A DNA stretch of 64,000 bases from an uncultured Actinomycetes bacterium (GCA_963704725.1 OY969934.1:3136001-3200000); one strand, 5' to 3'; numbered from the stretch's first letter, positions 17,295 to 28,627 are shown. Notes: a model not told the origin generated them from the letters alone. Made by a program: numbers and translations.

Positions 17295-19925
17295 ATGAAG
17301 CTCAACCCTGAGACCCTGGCCAAGGCGTCCAGCCGGCACCCCTGGCGGACGCTCGGCACCTGGGTCGTCCTGATCGCGATGATGGGGCTCGTCAGCACCA
17401 AGCTGCTCACCGGCGTGCTGACCGACGACATCGCGTTCACCAGCAAGCCGGAGGCCGTCAAGGCCCAGGACGTGATCGACGCGAAGTTCGGGGGCGCGGC
17501 CGGATTCACCGAGTTCCTCGTCGTGCAGTCGGCGACGGGGTCGTGGGACGAGGCCTTCGCCGCGTACGTCCAGGACCTGAAGGCCCGGACGGAGGCCCTC
17601 GGCGCGGACGTGATCGACGGGCCCGTGGCCACCTACGCGGACGCGCAGGCGGCGGTCGCGCAGCTCAACACGCCGGACGGCCACGGCATGCTGCTCGTGC
17701 TGCAACTCCGCGGCAACGCCGGCGCCGTGATCGCCCGGCTCGGCGACGCGGTCGCCGCGGCGACCCCCGCGGACTACCAGGCGCAGGTCCTCTCGCCCGC
17801 TCAGCTCGCCGAGCTCTCGGGCGGCGATCCGGGCTCGGCGGCCGCGCAGCCCGACCCGCCGGAGGCCTTCGTCCTCATCACCAACCCCTACGCCGTGACG
17901 GGCAACGTGGAGTTCCTTGCCACGGTCCGCGCGATCGAGACGGCCGTGACCCGCACGGGCGGATCCGATCTCGCGGCTCCCCCGTTCAGCGGATACGACG
18001 CCTCGCAGCAGGCGGCCTCGCTCATCTCGAGCGACCAGCGGACCACCCTCGTCGCCGTGCCGATCGTCGAGCAGTCGGAGGCGGTCGTCGCCGACCTGCG
18101 ACGCGTGGCGGCCAACGTGTCGAACGACACCTACACGGTGCAGGTGGCCGGCCAGGCCGCGCTCTTCGCCGACTTCATGAAGGTCGCCGAGGAGGACATG
18201 CGGAAGTCGGAGTCGATCGGCCTCGTGGTCGCCCTGATCGTGCTGATCGTCGTCTTCGGCTCGATCCTCGCCGCGGTGCTGCCGCTGGTGATGGGGATGT
18301 TCGCGATCGGCGTGTCGCTCGGCCTCGTCGCGCTGGTGGGGCAGCTCTTCCAGTTCAACATGTTCGTCGAGAACATCATCACGATGATCGGCCTGGCGGT
18401 CGGCATCGACTACTCGCTGTTCATCGTGTCCCGCTATCGCGAGGAACGGAAGAAGGGCTACCCCAAGCTCGACGCCATCCGCCGTTCGGGCGCCACGGCG
18501 AGCCGCGCGGTCTTCTTCAGCGGCCTCACGGTCGTGCTCGCGCTCCTCGGGATGCTGATCCTGCCGGTCTCGATGTTCCGCAGCCTCGCCGGCGGGGCGA
18601 TCCTGGTGACGCTCTGCGCCATCGCGGCCTCGATGACGCTCCTGCCGGCGATCCTCGGCCTGCTCGGCGACCGGATCAACTGGCCCCGGCTGTCCAAGCG
18701 CGCACGCGTCGACAGCTCGCACGATCCCAAGGGCGGGTTCTGGGACCGGATCACCCGCAGCGTCATGGCCAAGCCCGTCGTGTTCCTCGTGGTGAGCGTG
18801 ATGATCCTGGGGACGCTCGGCTCGTTCTTCTTCCAGCTCCACCGCGGCACGTCCAACAACGTGAGCGGGCTGCCCGAGGACTTCCCCTCGCGCCAGGCGT
18901 TCATGACGCTGGTCAGCGAGTTCGATTCGGGTGGCGCGACCGACCCGGCGCAGATCGTGATCACCGGCGACGTCACCAAGCCCGCCGTGCAGGCGGCCGT
19001 CAAGGGGCTCGAGCGCGGGATCGCGGCCGACGACACGTTCTCGAGCCGGACCAGCACGGCCCAGTCGAAGGACGGCAACGCCCTGCTCATGTCGGTCTAC
19101 TTCGCCGGCGACCCGTACAACGACGCGGCCTTCCAGGGCATCCGGGACCTGCGCAGCACGATCGTCCCGCAGGCGTTCGCCGGCGTCCCCGGGGTCGAGG
19201 TGATGGTCGGAGGCAACAGCGGCTTCTTCGTGGACTTCCTGGGCATCGTGGACTCGTACCAGTGGGTCGTCCTGGCCTTCGTCCTCGGGCTCTCGTTCGT
19301 GCTCCTGACGGTGGTGTTCCGCTCGATCGTCGTGCCGTTCAAGGCGATCGTCATGAACCTGCTCTCGGTCATGGCCGCGTACGGCGCCGTCACGCTCGTG
19401 TTCCAGAAGGGGTTCGGGCTCGGCTTCTTCAACGCGCTGGGGTTCCCGTTCAAGCGGGCCGAGGCGATCGAGGCGTGGCTCCCGCTGTTCCTGTTCTCGA
19501 TCCTGTTCGGCCTGTCCATGGACTACCACGTCTTCCTCCTCACGCGGATCCGCGAGGAGTACGACAAGACGCACGACAACACCGAGGCCGTCGCCTACGG
19601 TCTTCGGACCACCGCGGGGATCATCACCGGCGCGGCCCTGATCATGGTCACGGTCTTCGGGGCGTTCGCCGCGGGGCGCCTCGGACAGTTCCAGCAGATG
19701 GGGTTCGGCCTGGCCATCGCGGTGTTGATGGACGCCACGATCGTCCGAACGCTGCTCGTCCCGGCCAGCATGCGGTTGCTCGGCGACTGGAACTGGTACC
19801 TGCCGAGATGGCTCGGCTGGCTCCCGCAGCTCCGGGTCGAGGGAGCCGAGGAGGAGGCCGAGGCGGCGACGCTGGTCACCACGCCCCTGGAGGTGGCGCC
19901 GGGCAAGACGCCGACCACCCGATAA
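17295..19925 (+). CDS. MMPL (RND superfamily) transporter
   Basis: [19 protein letters not shown] and [18 protein letters not shown]; GAGGAGGAG RBS. Confidence 0.93.
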   Translation: MKLNPETLAKASSRHPWRTLGTWVVLIAMMGLVSTKLLTGVLTDDIAFTSKPEAVKAQDVIDAKFGGAAGFTEFLVVQSATGSWDEAFAAYVQDLKARTEALGADVIDGPVATYADAQAAVAQLNTPDGHGMLLVLQLRGNAGAVIARLGDAVAAATPADYQAQVLSPAQLAELSGGDPGSAAAQPDPPEAFVLITNPYAVTGNVEFLATVRAIETAVTRTGGSDLAAPPFSGYDASQQAASLISSDQRTTLVAVPIVEQSEAVVADLRRVAANVSNDTYTVQVAGQAALFADFMKVAEEDMRKSESIGLVVALIVLIVVFGSILAAVLPLVMGMFAIGVSLGLVALVGQLFQFNMFVENIITMIGLAVGIDYSLFIVSRYREERKKGYPKLDAIRRSGATASRAVFFSGLTVVLALLGMLILPVSMFRSLAGGAILVTLCAIAASMTLLPAILGLLGDRINWPRLSKRARVDSSHDPKGGFWDRITRSVMAKPVVFLVVSVMILGTLGSFFFQLHRGTSNNVSGLPEDFPSRQAFMTLVSEFDSGGATDPAQIVITGDVTKPAVQAAVKGLERGIAADDTFSSRTSTAQSKDGNALLMSVYFAGDPYNDAAFQGIRDLRSTIVPQAFAGVPGVEVMVGGNSGFFVDFLGIVDSYQWVVLAFVLGLSFVLLTVVFRSIVVPFKAIVMNLLSVMAAYGAVTLVFQKGFGLGFFNALGFPFKRAEAIEAWLPLFLFSILFGLSMDYHVFLLTRIREEYDKTHDNTEAVAYGLRTTAGIITGAALIMVTVFGAFAAGRLGQFQQMGFGLAIAVLMDATIVRTLLVPASMRLLGDWNWYLPRWLGWLPQLRVEGAEEEAEAATLVTTPLEVAPGKTPTTR

Positions 19926-19947
19926 CCGTTCGACGTATCGACGTTCA

Positions 19948-19978
19948 CGAGAGGCCCGCCGCCCCGGCGGGCCTCTCG
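19948..19978 (+). terminator. Stem-loop after MMPL gene
   Basis: CGAGAGGCCCGCCG-ccc-CGGCGGGCCTCTCG perfect 14-bp stem. Confidence 0.7.
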
Positions 19979-20046
19979 CGTTCGCGCCGGGGACGGGCGC
20001 GCATCCGCCTGCCACACTCCCATCGGAACGCCTCCAGGAGGAACCC

Positions 20047-21438
20047 ATGACCGACGACCGGACCGAGACCGACTCGATGGGCGCGATCGACGTGCCCGCT
20101 AACCGCTACTGGGGCGCGCAGACGCAGCGCTCGATCCACCACTTCACGATCGGATGGCCGGACGCCGACCGGATGCCGGTCGAGATCGTCCGCGCCATGG
20201 GCATCCTGAAGAAGGCGGCCGCCCTGGCCAACGTCGAGAACGGGAGGCTGGACCCGGCGCTCGGCAAGCTCATCGTCGCCGCGGCCGACGAGGTGATCGA
20301 CGGGACGCTCGACGACCACTTCCCCCTCTACGTGTGGCAGACGGGCTCGGGCACGCAGTCCAACATGAACGCGAACGAGGTCATCTCCAACCGCGCCATC
20401 GAGATGGCCGGCGGCGAGATGGGCTCGAAGAAGCCCATCCACCCGAACGACCACGTGAACCTGTCGCAGTCCTCCAACGACACGTTCCCCACCGCCATGC
20501 ACATCGCGGGCGCCCGGATGGTGGTCGAGCAGCTCCTGCCCCGCGTCCGCGAGCTGCGCGACGCCCTCGCCCGCCGCGCGACGGAGTTCGACGCCATCGT
20601 GAAGATCGGGCGCACGCACCTGCAGGACGCCGTGCCCCTCACGCTGGGGCAGGAGTTCGGCGGGTACGCCGCCCAGCTCGACGCGGACCTCGCTCGGATC
20701 GAGGCGGCCCTGCCCGGCCTGTACGAGCTGGCCATCGGTGGAACGGCGGTCGGCACGGGACTGAACGCGCCGCCGGGGTTCGGTGCGGCTTGTGCCGCAA
20801 AGATCTCCGAGCTGACCGGGCTGCCGTTCGTCGATGCGCCGAACAAGTTCCAGGCCCTCGCCGCGCACGACGGCGTCGTCTTCATGAGCGGGGCGCTCGC
20901 CACGCTGGCCGCCTCGTTGATGAAGATCGCCAACGACGTCCGGTGGCTCGGCTCGGGCCCGCGAGCGGGCATCGGCGAGCTGAACCTCCCGGAGAACGAG
21001 CCGGGCTCCTCGATCATGCCCGGCAAGGTGAACCCCACCCAGTCCGAGGCGATGACGATGGTCGCGGTGCAGGTGTTCGGGAACGACACGGCCGTGAAGT
21101 TCGCCGGATCGCAGGGCAACTTCGAGCTGAACGTCTTCAAGCCCGTGATGATCCGCAACCTCCTGCACTCGGCGCGGCTGCTCGCCGACGTCTGCCGGAC
21201 CTTCCGCGAGTTCTGCATCGAGGGCCTCGAGCCCAACCGGGAGCAGATCGAGCAGCTCGTCGGCTCCTCGCTGATGCTCGTCACGGCGCTCACGCCCAAG
21301 ATCGGCTACGACCGGGCCGCGGAGATCGCCAAGAAGGCGCACCACGAGGGGACGAGCCTGAAGGAGGCGGCCCTCGCGCTCGGCTATCTCACCGAGGCCG
21401 AGTACGACGAGCTCGTGGTCCCCGCCAAGCTGGTCTGA
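20047..21438 (+). CDS. fumC: Class II fumarate hydratase
   Basis: [40 protein letters not shown]. Confidence 0.96.
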   Translation: MTDDRTETDSMGAIDVPANRYWGAQTQRSIHHFTIGWPDADRMPVEIVRAMGILKKAAALANVENGRLDPALGKLIVAAADEVIDGTLDDHFPLYVWQTGSGTQSNMNANEVISNRAIEMAGGEMGSKKPIHPNDHVNLSQSSNDTFPTAMHIAGARMVVEQLLPRVRELRDALARRATEFDAIVKIGRTHLQDAVPLTLGQEFGGYAAQLDADLARIEAALPGLYELAIGGTAVGTGLNAPPGFGAACAAKISELTGLPFVDAPNKFQALAAHDGVVFMSGALATLAASLMKIANDVRWLGSGPRAGIGELNLPENEPGSSIMPGKVNPTQSEAMTMVAVQVFGNDTAVKFAGSQGNFELNVFKPVMIRNLLHSARLLADVCRTFREFCIEGLEPNREQIEQLVGSSLMLVTALTPKIGYDRAAEIAKKAHHEGTSLKEAALALGYLTEAEYDELVVPAKLV

Positions 21439-21444
21439 GCGCCC

Positions 21445-23328
21445 TCAGGCGATCGCGGCGAACCGGTCGATCGTGACGAGCGCCGCCGTGGCCGCCGGCC
21501 TCGACTCCCCGAGCACGACGATCCGGAGCGTGTGGACCCCGTCGGTCAGCCCCGAGACCGCGCGGGCGACCCCGAACGTGCGGCTCGGCCCGTAGTTGTC
21601 GATCGTGCGCACCAGCAGGCCGTCGACCCAGATCTGCGCGCGACCCTGATCGCGCCCCCGCACCGTGGTCCAGATGACGCCGGTCCCCCGGAATGCGATG
21701 ACCGCGCTCGACCCGGCCAGGTCGGTGGACGACACGCTGCCGCCGGACGCCCTCGGGTACCGCACGTTCCCCCACGCCTCGTCGAGCGCCGGGTTCTTCA
21801 CCACGGCGCCCCCGGCCTCGAAGGCGTCCACGACGACCTGCGTGTCCGTCGCGCTCGCCGACGCGGTCCCGAGCACGCGGATCGTGAGCACGTGCGGCCC
21901 CCGCTCGAGCCCGGTGACCTCGCGGGGGACCCGGAATCCCGGTCCCGGCGCGTACTGGTCGAACGTCCCCACGCGGTGCCCGTCGACCAGGACGGAGGCC
22001 CGGCCCTGCTCCGGTCCGGTCGCCGTGAACCAGGTGATCGACCGCCCCGAGAACGCGAAGGAGGCCGAGGCGCCGGCCCGGTGCTCGATCGCCAGGGAGC
22101 CCCCCAGGGCCCGTGCCTTCGAGACCGTGCGCCAGGCGTCGGCGACGGCCGGGCTCGTCTGCTCGACCTCCGTGGGCGCGGCGAAGTCGACCGTCGTCGT
22201 CGGCACCGGGTTCCCGCTCCGATCGACCACCGCGACCGGGACGATCGCGGGGTCGACGACGGCCTGGTAGCGCTCGCCCACGACGAGCGGTTGCACGGGC
22301 CGGACGACGGCGGTGCGGACGTTGCCGGTCACGCAGTCGACCTCGACGCCCGATCCCGAGCGGCACGTGAGCGAGACGTCCGGATACGTGCCGGTCTCGG
22401 CGGACCAGATGAACGTGTTCTCCGGCGTGACCCGGTGGACGACCTCGCTGAAGGAGACCGTCGTCGTCCCGAGCACGTCGGCCGGCAGCGCGATCGAGGC
22501 CACCGGCGGCGTGACGTCGGGGCTCGGGATCAGGACCGGGTCGAACGACGACGTCTCGTACCAGTCGACGTCCACGCAGCCGGCGATCCCGGGCACCGAA
22601 CCGCAGTTGCCGTACTGCCAGAACGTCCAGCCGTTGCCGCCCCAGTCGCTCGCGGGCAGCCTCGGCTCCGAGACGTTCCAGTGCGCCACCCACAGCACCG
22701 CGTAGCCGGCGGCGGCCACGGCCGTCGTGTCCCCCGTCCGCACGAGCCAGCCGTTCGGGCTCGTGTACACCATCGGCCGCACGCCGAGCCGCTCGGTGAC
22801 GCGCCCGAGCCAGGTCAGGATCCAGGTGGTCATCTCGTCCTGGGTCAGCCCGCCGGTGCGCTCGATGTCGAGCGCGGGGATCAGGTTGCCGGGCTCGAGC
22901 TGGGCCGTGTCGACGAAGTGATCGGCCTCGAGCACCGCGTCGTCGGGGGTGTCGTCGGGGCGCGCGAAGTGGTACGCGCCGAACGCCATCCCGTAGGTCT
23001 CGGCCCCGATCTTGTTCGCCGCGTACATGGGATCGACGAAGGTCTGCCCCTCGGTCGCCTTCGCCATGGCGAACCGCTGCCCGGACGCCGCCACCTGGGC
23101 CCAGTCGATCGCGTCCTGATGATGCGACACGTCGATGCCGGGGACCGCGCCGACCGGCTGAGCCGGCGCCACCGGCGGCAGCGTGGAGATCGCGTCTCCC
23201 GACGACCCCGCGCTGCCCGGACCGCCGTCGGCGGCCCGCGCCGGGACGACCGACCAGGCGGAGAGCGGCGTGAGCAGAACGAAGACGAGCGTCACCCACC
23301 GCCTGCGCGACCCGATCCTGCTCGTCAC
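21445..23328 (-). CDS. Secreted GH25 muramidase with Ig-like domain and two tandem beta-sandwich repeats
   Basis: Signal peptide; GIDVSHHQ, KATEG, GAYHFARP, PALDIE, FWQY. Confidence 0.88.
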   Translation of the reverse strand: MTSRIGSRRRWVTLVFVLLTPLSAWSVVPARAADGGPGSAGSSGDAISTLPPVAPAQPVGAVPGIDVSHHQDAIDWAQVAASGQRFAMAKATEGQTFVDPMYAANKIGAETYGMAFGAYHFARPDDTPDDAVLEADHFVDTAQLEPGNLIPALDIERTGGLTQDEMTTWILTWLGRVTERLGVRPMVYTSPNGWLVRTGDTTAVAAAGYAVLWVAHWNVSEPRLPASDWGGNGWTFWQYGNCGSVPGIAGCVDVDWYETSSFDPVLIPSPDVTPPVASIALPADVLGTTTVSFSEVVHRVTPENTFIWSAETGTYPDVSLTCRSGSGVEVDCVTGNVRTAVVRPVQPLVVGERYQAVVDPAIVPVAVVDRSGNPVPTTTVDFAAPTEVEQTSPAVADAWRTVSKARALGGSLAIEHRAGASASFAFSGRSITWFTATGPEQGRASVLVDGHRVGTFDQYAPGPGFRVPREVTGLERGPHVLTIRVLGTASASATDTQVVVDAFEAGGAVVKNPALDEAWGNVRYPRASGGSVSSTDLAGSSAVIAFRGTGVIWTTVRGRDQGRAQIWVDGLLVRTIDNYGPSRTFGVARAVSGLTDGVHTLRIVVLGESRPAATAALVTIDRFAAIA

Positions 23329-23430
23329 GACCCCCTGCGCGTTCCCCCGGCCCGAGTGCCCGCAAGCTATCGGACCGTCTGGGGAACGTCGACCCGTGGC
23401 GGCGCAGCGCGAACGCGGAATCGAGCGGCG

Positions 23431-24135
23431 TCAGGCCGCGGCGTCGTCGAGCAGCGCGTGCAGGGCCCGGTCCGCGGTCGTCGCGTCGAGCGTGGCGCGC
23501 TGGTTCCGGACGAACGCCGGAAGGTCGTCGGCCTCGAGCGCGGTGACGTGGCCGAGGCGCAGCGGCGTCTTGGACACCCTGGCCAGGGTCGAGGCGATCA
23601 CGGCCTGGACCCACACGTCGATGCCCTGACGCTCGAGGCGGCGCTTGACCGCCAGCGCCGCGGCCGTCACCTGCGACACGACCTCGTCCGCCGAACGCTG
23701 GTTGAACATCAGTCGCCCCCGTTTGGGGTAGAAGCGGCCCTGCCACGCCTTGGTCTCGATCACGAACACGCCGGCGGGTCCGATCAGCACGTGGTCGGCA
23801 TCGCCTCGGCCGATGTCGAGGTCGTGCAGGGCCCTGTAGCCCTCGGGCTCGAGCTCCGTGAGGAGCTCGGCGACGCGCTCCTCCCCCACGATCCCGCGCC
23901 GAAGCGGCACCGGGTCCAGGCGGCCGCCGAGCAGGGTGGCCCGGCCGAGCACGACGATCGGCACGATCGCCAGCGCCGATAGCGGCCACCACAGGATCCC
24001 CGCAAGGGCGAAGACCGCCGCCTCGGCCACGAGCAGCATCGCGGCCGAGACCATCCGCCGATGGCGTTCGCGCAGCGACTGGGCGGGGGATCGCGCCTCC
24101 ACGCGATGGTCATCGGCACCTCCGCGACCGCTCAT
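23431..24135 (-). CDS. Membrane-anchored NERD domain protein
   Basis: Two TM segments, then GEERVA...LHDL...DADHVLIGPAGVFVIETKAW. Start uncertain. Confidence 0.82.
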   Translation of the reverse strand: MSGRGGADDHRVEARSPAQSLRERHRRMVSAAMLLVAEAAVFALAGILWWPLSALAIVPIVVLGRATLLGGRLDPVPLRRGIVGEERVAELLTELEPEGYRALHDLDIGRGDADHVLIGPAGVFVIETKAWQGRFYPKRGRLMFNQRSADEVVSQVTAAALAVKRRLERQGIDVWVQAVIASTLARVSKTPLRLGHVTALEADDLPAFVRNQRATLDATTADRALHALLDDAAA

Positions 24136-24192
24136 GAGCCCCAAGGCGCCGAGCCGGAACACGGGGCTCCCGATCCGTGGTTGGGTAGGGGT

Positions 24193-24657
24193 ATGACCCG
24201 GCTCGAGACCGGCGACGTCGCTCCTTCGTTCTCCCTGCTCGACCAGCACGGGTCGGCCGTGCGGCTCGAGGACTTCCGGGGCCGCAAGCTCCTCGTCTAC
24301 TTCTATCCGGAGGCCGACACGCCCAACTGCACCACCCAGTCCTGCGCGGTCCGGGACCACCGCCAGGAGCTTGCGGGGATCGGGGCCGATTCGATCGGGG
24401 TCTCCCCCGACCTTCCCGACCAACAGCTCGCCTTCGATCGCAAGTTCGGCCTGGGCTTTCCGCTGCTATCCGACCCGGACCACGCCGTGGCCAACGCCTG
24501 GGGCGCGTGGGGCGAGAAGACCCGTGAGGGCCGCACGTTCCTGGGTATCGTCCGGTCCTCGTTCCTCGTGGACGAGCAGGGCCGGATCGAGCGGACCTGG
24601 TACGACGTGAAGGCCGAGGACACCGTCCCCAACGCGCTCGCCGCGCTCGGCGCCTGA
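24193..24657 (+). CDS. bcp: Thioredoxin-dependent thiol peroxidase (Bcp)
   Basis: YFYPEADTPNCTTQSC; LLSDPDH. Confidence 0.92.
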   Translation: MTRLETGDVAPSFSLLDQHGSAVRLEDFRGRKLLVYFYPEADTPNCTTQSCAVRDHRQELAGIGADSIGVSPDLPDQQLAFDRKFGLGFPLLSDPDHAVANAWGAWGEKTREGRTFLGIVRSSFLVDEQGRIERTWYDVKAEDTVPNALAALGA

Positions 24658-24678
24658 GCACGCTCGGACCGGTGGCGT

Positions 24679-25299
24679 TCAGCCCGCACCCTCCGCCGGC
24701 GGCGGCGCGACCTTCCGGCCGGGGAGCTGGTCCTCCTCGGTCTCGTCCCACACCGTGCTCCCCTTCAACGGCTCAACGTTGAACTGGTAGTCGAAGACCA
24801 GCGTCCCGCCGTACGTGGCGCCGATCGCCACCAACATCGCGGCGAGGATCGACAGGACCACGATCGGACCGGTCGTCAGGTCGTCCCAACCGGTGATGCG
24901 CAGGACCACGTCGACGACGACGATCGCCGTGACGGTGAGCATCACCGTCATGTGCCAGTTGGCCGTCCGCCACACCTGGGTGTGCTTGGCCCGGCCGATG
25001 AAGCCGCTCGACCGATCCCGCTCCAGCCCCTTCCACCAGTCCCAGAACCCGGTGAGGGCCGTGGCGAGCGACACGACCAGGCCGGCCACGATCACGAACG
25101 TCGCCGCCCGGAACAGGTCCCGCGCCGCCTCGCGGTCGTTGGTCACGAACGATCCCAGATCGAAGATCGCCGCCAGCACGTAGCAGACGATCGGGAAGTC
25201 GGTGAGCGGGGGGTGGGTCGGCTTGCCCGCCCATCCCCGGATCCCGCGGAACCGGCGGCCCCGGAGCGTCACCCCGGGCCGGATCGAGAACAGCCGCAT
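24679..25299 (-). CDS. DUF2231 family membrane protein
   Basis: HPPLTDFPI, ALTGFWDW, YGGTLVF. Confidence 0.85.
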   Translation of the reverse strand: MRLFSIRPGVTLRGRRFRGIRGWAGKPTHPPLTDFPIVCYVLAAIFDLGSFVTNDREAARDLFRAATFVIVAGLVVSLATALTGFWDWWKGLERDRSSGFIGRAKHTQVWRTANWHMTVMLTVTAIVVVDVVLRITGWDDLTTGPIVVLSILAAMLVAIGATYGGTLVFDYQFNVEPLKGSTVWDETEEDQLPGRKVAPPPAEGAG

Positions 25300-25402
25300 C
25301 AGCCTCCCCCTCCTCGAGCGCCTTGACTGGCGCGAACGGTAGTACGGGCGGGCTCGACAGGAATACCCACCGGCGGGCCCGAGTTAGCCTGGCGGAGAAC
25401 GG

Positions 25403-26413
25403 ATGCCAGCGATCACGGTCGACGACGTCACCCGCCTCGAGCGGATCCCCGCGGTTCCGGAGACGGGACGGCACCGCCGGGTGCGAGCCGTGACCACGGC
25501 GCCGAGCGGGCTCGAGGGCGAGGGCTTCCCCGTCCGCCGGGCCTTCGCCGGGGTGGACCTCACCGACCTCGACCCCTTCGTGCACATGGACCAGATGGGC
25601 GAGGTGGACTACGCGCCGGGCGAGCCGAAGGGCACGCCGTGGCACCCGCACCGCGGGTTCGAGACCGTCACCTACATGATCGACGGCATCTTCGAGCACC
25701 AGGACTCGAACGGCGGGGGCGGCGTGATCACGAACGGCGACACCCAGTGGATGACGGCCGGCGCCGGGATCCTGCACATCGAGAAGCCGCCGGAGCACCT
25801 CGTCGCGAGCGGCGGACTCTTCCACGGCACCCAGCTCTGGGTGAACCTCCCCAAGGCGGAGAAGTGGGCGCCGCCGAGGTACCAGGACCTTCGGGCGAGC
25901 GAGGTCTCCCTGCTCGCCTCCCCCGACGCCGGGGCGCTCGTGCGGGTCATCGCCGGTGACCTCGCCGGCCACCGCGGGCCGGGGCAGACCTACACGCCGA
26001 TGACGTACTTGCACGCCACGGTCGCGCCGGGCGCGATCCTGGAGGTGCCGTGGCGAGCGGACTTCAACGCCCTCGCGTACGTGCTGGCCGGCGCCGGATC
26101 TGCCGGCGTCGAGCGCCATCCGATCGCGACGGGTCAGCTTGCCGTGTTCGGACCGGGCGACGCGGTGCGGCTGCAAGCCGCGGGGACGCAGGATTCACGG
26201 TTCCCGGCGCTCGAGGTGCTCCTGCTCGGCGGCCGTCCGATCCGTGAGCCGGTCGCCTGGTACGGACCGTTCGTCATGAACACGAAGGCCGAGCTGCTCC
26301 AGGCGTTCGAGGACTATCAGGCCGGTCGGCTCGGGACGATCCCCGCCGCCCATCACACGCCCGACCACATCGTCGAGTCCGGTCAGGGCCCCGCCGAGTC
26401 GCCGGACGCGTGA
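25403..26413 (+). CDS. Pirin family protein
   Basis: HPHRGFETVTY, QWMTAGAGILHIE, YGPFVMNT. Confidence 0.95.
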   Translation: MPAITVDDVTRLERIPAVPETGRHRRVRAVTTAPSGLEGEGFPVRRAFAGVDLTDLDPFVHMDQMGEVDYAPGEPKGTPWHPHRGFETVTYMIDGIFEHQDSNGGGGVITNGDTQWMTAGAGILHIEKPPEHLVASGGLFHGTQLWVNLPKAEKWAPPRYQDLRASEVSLLASPDAGALVRVIAGDLAGHRGPGQTYTPMTYLHATVAPGAILEVPWRADFNALAYVLAGAGSAGVERHPIATGQLAVFGPGDAVRLQAAGTQDSRFPALEVLLLGGRPIREPVAWYGPFVMNTKAELLQAFEDYQAGRLGTIPAAHHTPDHIVESGQGPAESPDA

Positions 26414-27300
26414 GGAGAACCCGCGTCCTGGGCGTTCCGATCGACAGCGTCGGCGGTCGCGTCGGGACGACGTTCGGCCCTCGCGCGCTCCGCGACGCCG
26501 GGATCGTGGAGGCGCTCGGCGCGCAGGACCTCGGCGACCTCGACGTCGTCATCGAACCCCCCGTCCGCGATCCGACCACCGGCATCGTCGGGTCCGACTC
26601 GGTCCTCGCCGTCACGCGCTCGGTCCGCGAAGCGATCTCACGCCCCGGCGACGACGGGTCCACCACGGTCGTTCTCGGCGGGTGCTGCACGCTCGCGGTC
26701 GGCGTGATCGCCGGTCTGCGGGACCGGTTGGGCGACCTCGGGGTCATCTACGTGGACGGTCACCTCGACCTGTACGACGGCGAGACCTCTCCCACCGGCG
26801 AGGCGGCCGACATGCCGATGGCCGTGGCCCTGGGGATCGGCCCGGCCGCGTGGGTCTCCATCGCCGGCGACGCGCCGCTCCTTCGGCCGCAGGACGTCGC
26901 CCTCGTCGGGTTCCGCGACCTCGAGGAGGCCCGGGCCTCCGGTTCGGTGACGCCGGAGGACCTGCCCGGGATGACCGCCATCGACACCGCGGGGATTCGC
27001 GAGGCCGGCCCCGCCGCCACCGCGGCCCGGGCCCGGTCGGCGGTCGCACCGGGCGGTCGGCCCTTCTTCGTCTCGGTCGACCTCGACGTGCTCGACGAGA
27101 GCGTGTTCCCGAACGACGCGCCCGTTCCCGGCGGTATCGACTGGGTGGAGCTCGGCGAGCTGCTCGCGCCGTTGGCCCGCGATCCGGCATGCGTGGCGAT
27201 CGCGATCAACTGCTTCAACCCCGAGCGGGACCCGGGCGGGGAGAGCGCGGCGCGGATCGTCGATCTCCTGCGGAAGGCGGGACCGCCGACGGCGCCCTGA
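26410..27300 (+). CDS. Arginase/ureohydrolase family protein
   Basis: YVDGHLD, SVDLDVLD Mn-binding motifs; GGCC in place of GGDH. Confidence 0.85.
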   Translation: MRRTRVLGVPIDSVGGRVGTTFGPRALRDAGIVEALGAQDLGDLDVVIEPPVRDPTTGIVGSDSVLAVTRSVREAISRPGDDGSTTVVLGGCCTLAVGVIAGLRDRLGDLGVIYVDGHLDLYDGETSPTGEAADMPMAVALGIGPAAWVSIAGDAPLLRPQDVALVGFRDLEEARASGSVTPEDLPGMTAIDTAGIREAGPAATAARARSAVAPGGRPFFVSVDLDVLDESVFPNDAPVPGGIDWVELGELLAPLARDPACVAIAINCFNPERDPGGESAARIVDLLRKAGPPTAP

Positions 27301-27334
27301 GACGCAGCGATGGGACGTCTCGGGGCGCGTCGCG

Positions 27335-27700
27335 TCAGCGGTCTTGGTAGAGGAGGCGCTCGATCGCGGCTTCGTCCTCCAGGACGAAGTGGAAGGCGAT
27401 CAGGTCGTCGATGGTGAGCGGGGGCGCGTCGGGGGCGGGGCTTCGGTCGGGGGCGGGGAGCTCCCAGCTCGGCGACTCGTCGGGCCCGGACTCCGAGTGG
27501 AGCCGCTCGACCTCGACGCCGGCCGCAACCAGGAGGGCGACGGTCTTGCGAGTGGCGCTCTTGCTGACCTGCTCGCTGCACTCGGGGCAGGTGAACGCGT
27601 AGGCCGCCGTCCCGCCGTCGCCGGACAGGCTCAGCGAGATCGCGGCGGCTCCCATGTCCACTTCGCCGCAGGTGGGGCAGGTGGTCCGGATGGTTGTCAT
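27335..27700 (-). CDS. Actinobacterial zinc-ribbon hypothetical protein
   Basis: TTIRTTCPTCGEV...YAFTCPEC...LTIDDLIAFHFVL. Confidence 0.75.
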   Translation of the reverse strand: MTTIRTTCPTCGEVDMGAAAISLSLSGDGGTAAYAFTCPECSEQVSKSATRKTVALLVAAGVEVERLHSESGPDESPSWELPAPDRSPAPDAPPLTIDDLIAFHFVLEDEAAIERLLYQDR

Positions 27701-27820
27701 GGCACTACCCATATCGACCCCAGACCCCGAAACCTCCAGCGTTTGAGGGCACGACGGGGCTACTCGGCACGGGTGATTCTCGGGGTCGAGGAACTCCCAT
27801 AGATCGGGTAGGCGCGTTGC

Positions 27821-28420
27821 CTACCAACGGTTTCGGTGGACCTGCTCCTCGAGCGGCCGGCGCGGCCGGGTGGTCCCCGAACCCCTCGGGCGCTCGTCCT
27901 GGGCGCGAAAGCCGAACCCCAGATACCCGATCGGGTGTAGATGGGATGGCACCCCGAGCCGGTCGAGGAGATCGCGCTCCCCGTGGGTGATGCCGAAGAA
28001 CCACCCACCGAGGCCCTCGTCCACGGCGGCCAGGAGCATCAGCATCGAGGCCATCGCGGCGTCGACGTCCCAGAACGGGACCGGCCAGTTCGCCGCCTCG
28101 CCCATCCCGAACGGCGCCTTGTCGGGCTGGGAGTAGCGGTCGAGGTACCGCGCCGGGTCCGGCAGCGGGACGACGATGGCCGTCGGTCCCGCGGCCACAT
28201 CCTCCAGATCCCACCCGAACTCCGGGTCCCGCGTGATCTCCCAGAACTCGCTCACGGTCTGCGGGGTGTCGAGCACCAGCAGCTCGAGCCCCTGCGAGAA
28301 CCCGGCGGAGGGCGCCCGGCGTCCGAGGTCGAGGATCCGGTCGAGGGTCTTGCGTGGGATGGGCCGGCGGTCGAACCGGCGAACCATGCGCCGGCGCCCC
28401 ACCACCTCCGCGAACTCCAC
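27821..28420 (-). CDS. Nitroreductase family protein
   Basis: RRRMVRRF, RAPSAGFSQG, AVDEGLGGWFFG. Confidence 0.9.
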   Translation of the reverse strand: MEFAEVVGRRRMVRRFDRRPIPRKTLDRILDLGRRAPSAGFSQGLELLVLDTPQTVSEFWEITRDPEFGWDLEDVAAGPTAIVVPLPDPARYLDRYSQPDKAPFGMGEAANWPVPFWDVDAAMASMLMLLAAVDEGLGGWFFGITHGERDLLDRLGVPSHLHPIGYLGFGFRAQDERPRGSGTTRPRRPLEEQVHRNRW

Positions 28421-28627
28421 GGCGGCACCCTATCGGAAGCGTTCGCCGGCCCGAGATGCGAGAAACCGCCGGAACCCGAGGGCCCCAGCGGTCTCTCAGT
28501 TGCAGGATACGGCCTGGCTCGATGAGCGGTCAAGCCCGATCCGCCGATCTTGTCACTCTTGTTCGGCCCGCGCGCGCCGAGTCCGGGTGGCATAGCCTCC
28601 GCCCAATCGAGCGAAGGGGGTCGTGAC

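Noticed and set aside
21445-24135. Prophage remnant or defence island (lysozyme plus NERD)
   Set aside because: The GH25 has a Sec signal and there is no holin, integrase or structural gene; the neighbours are housekeeping genes.
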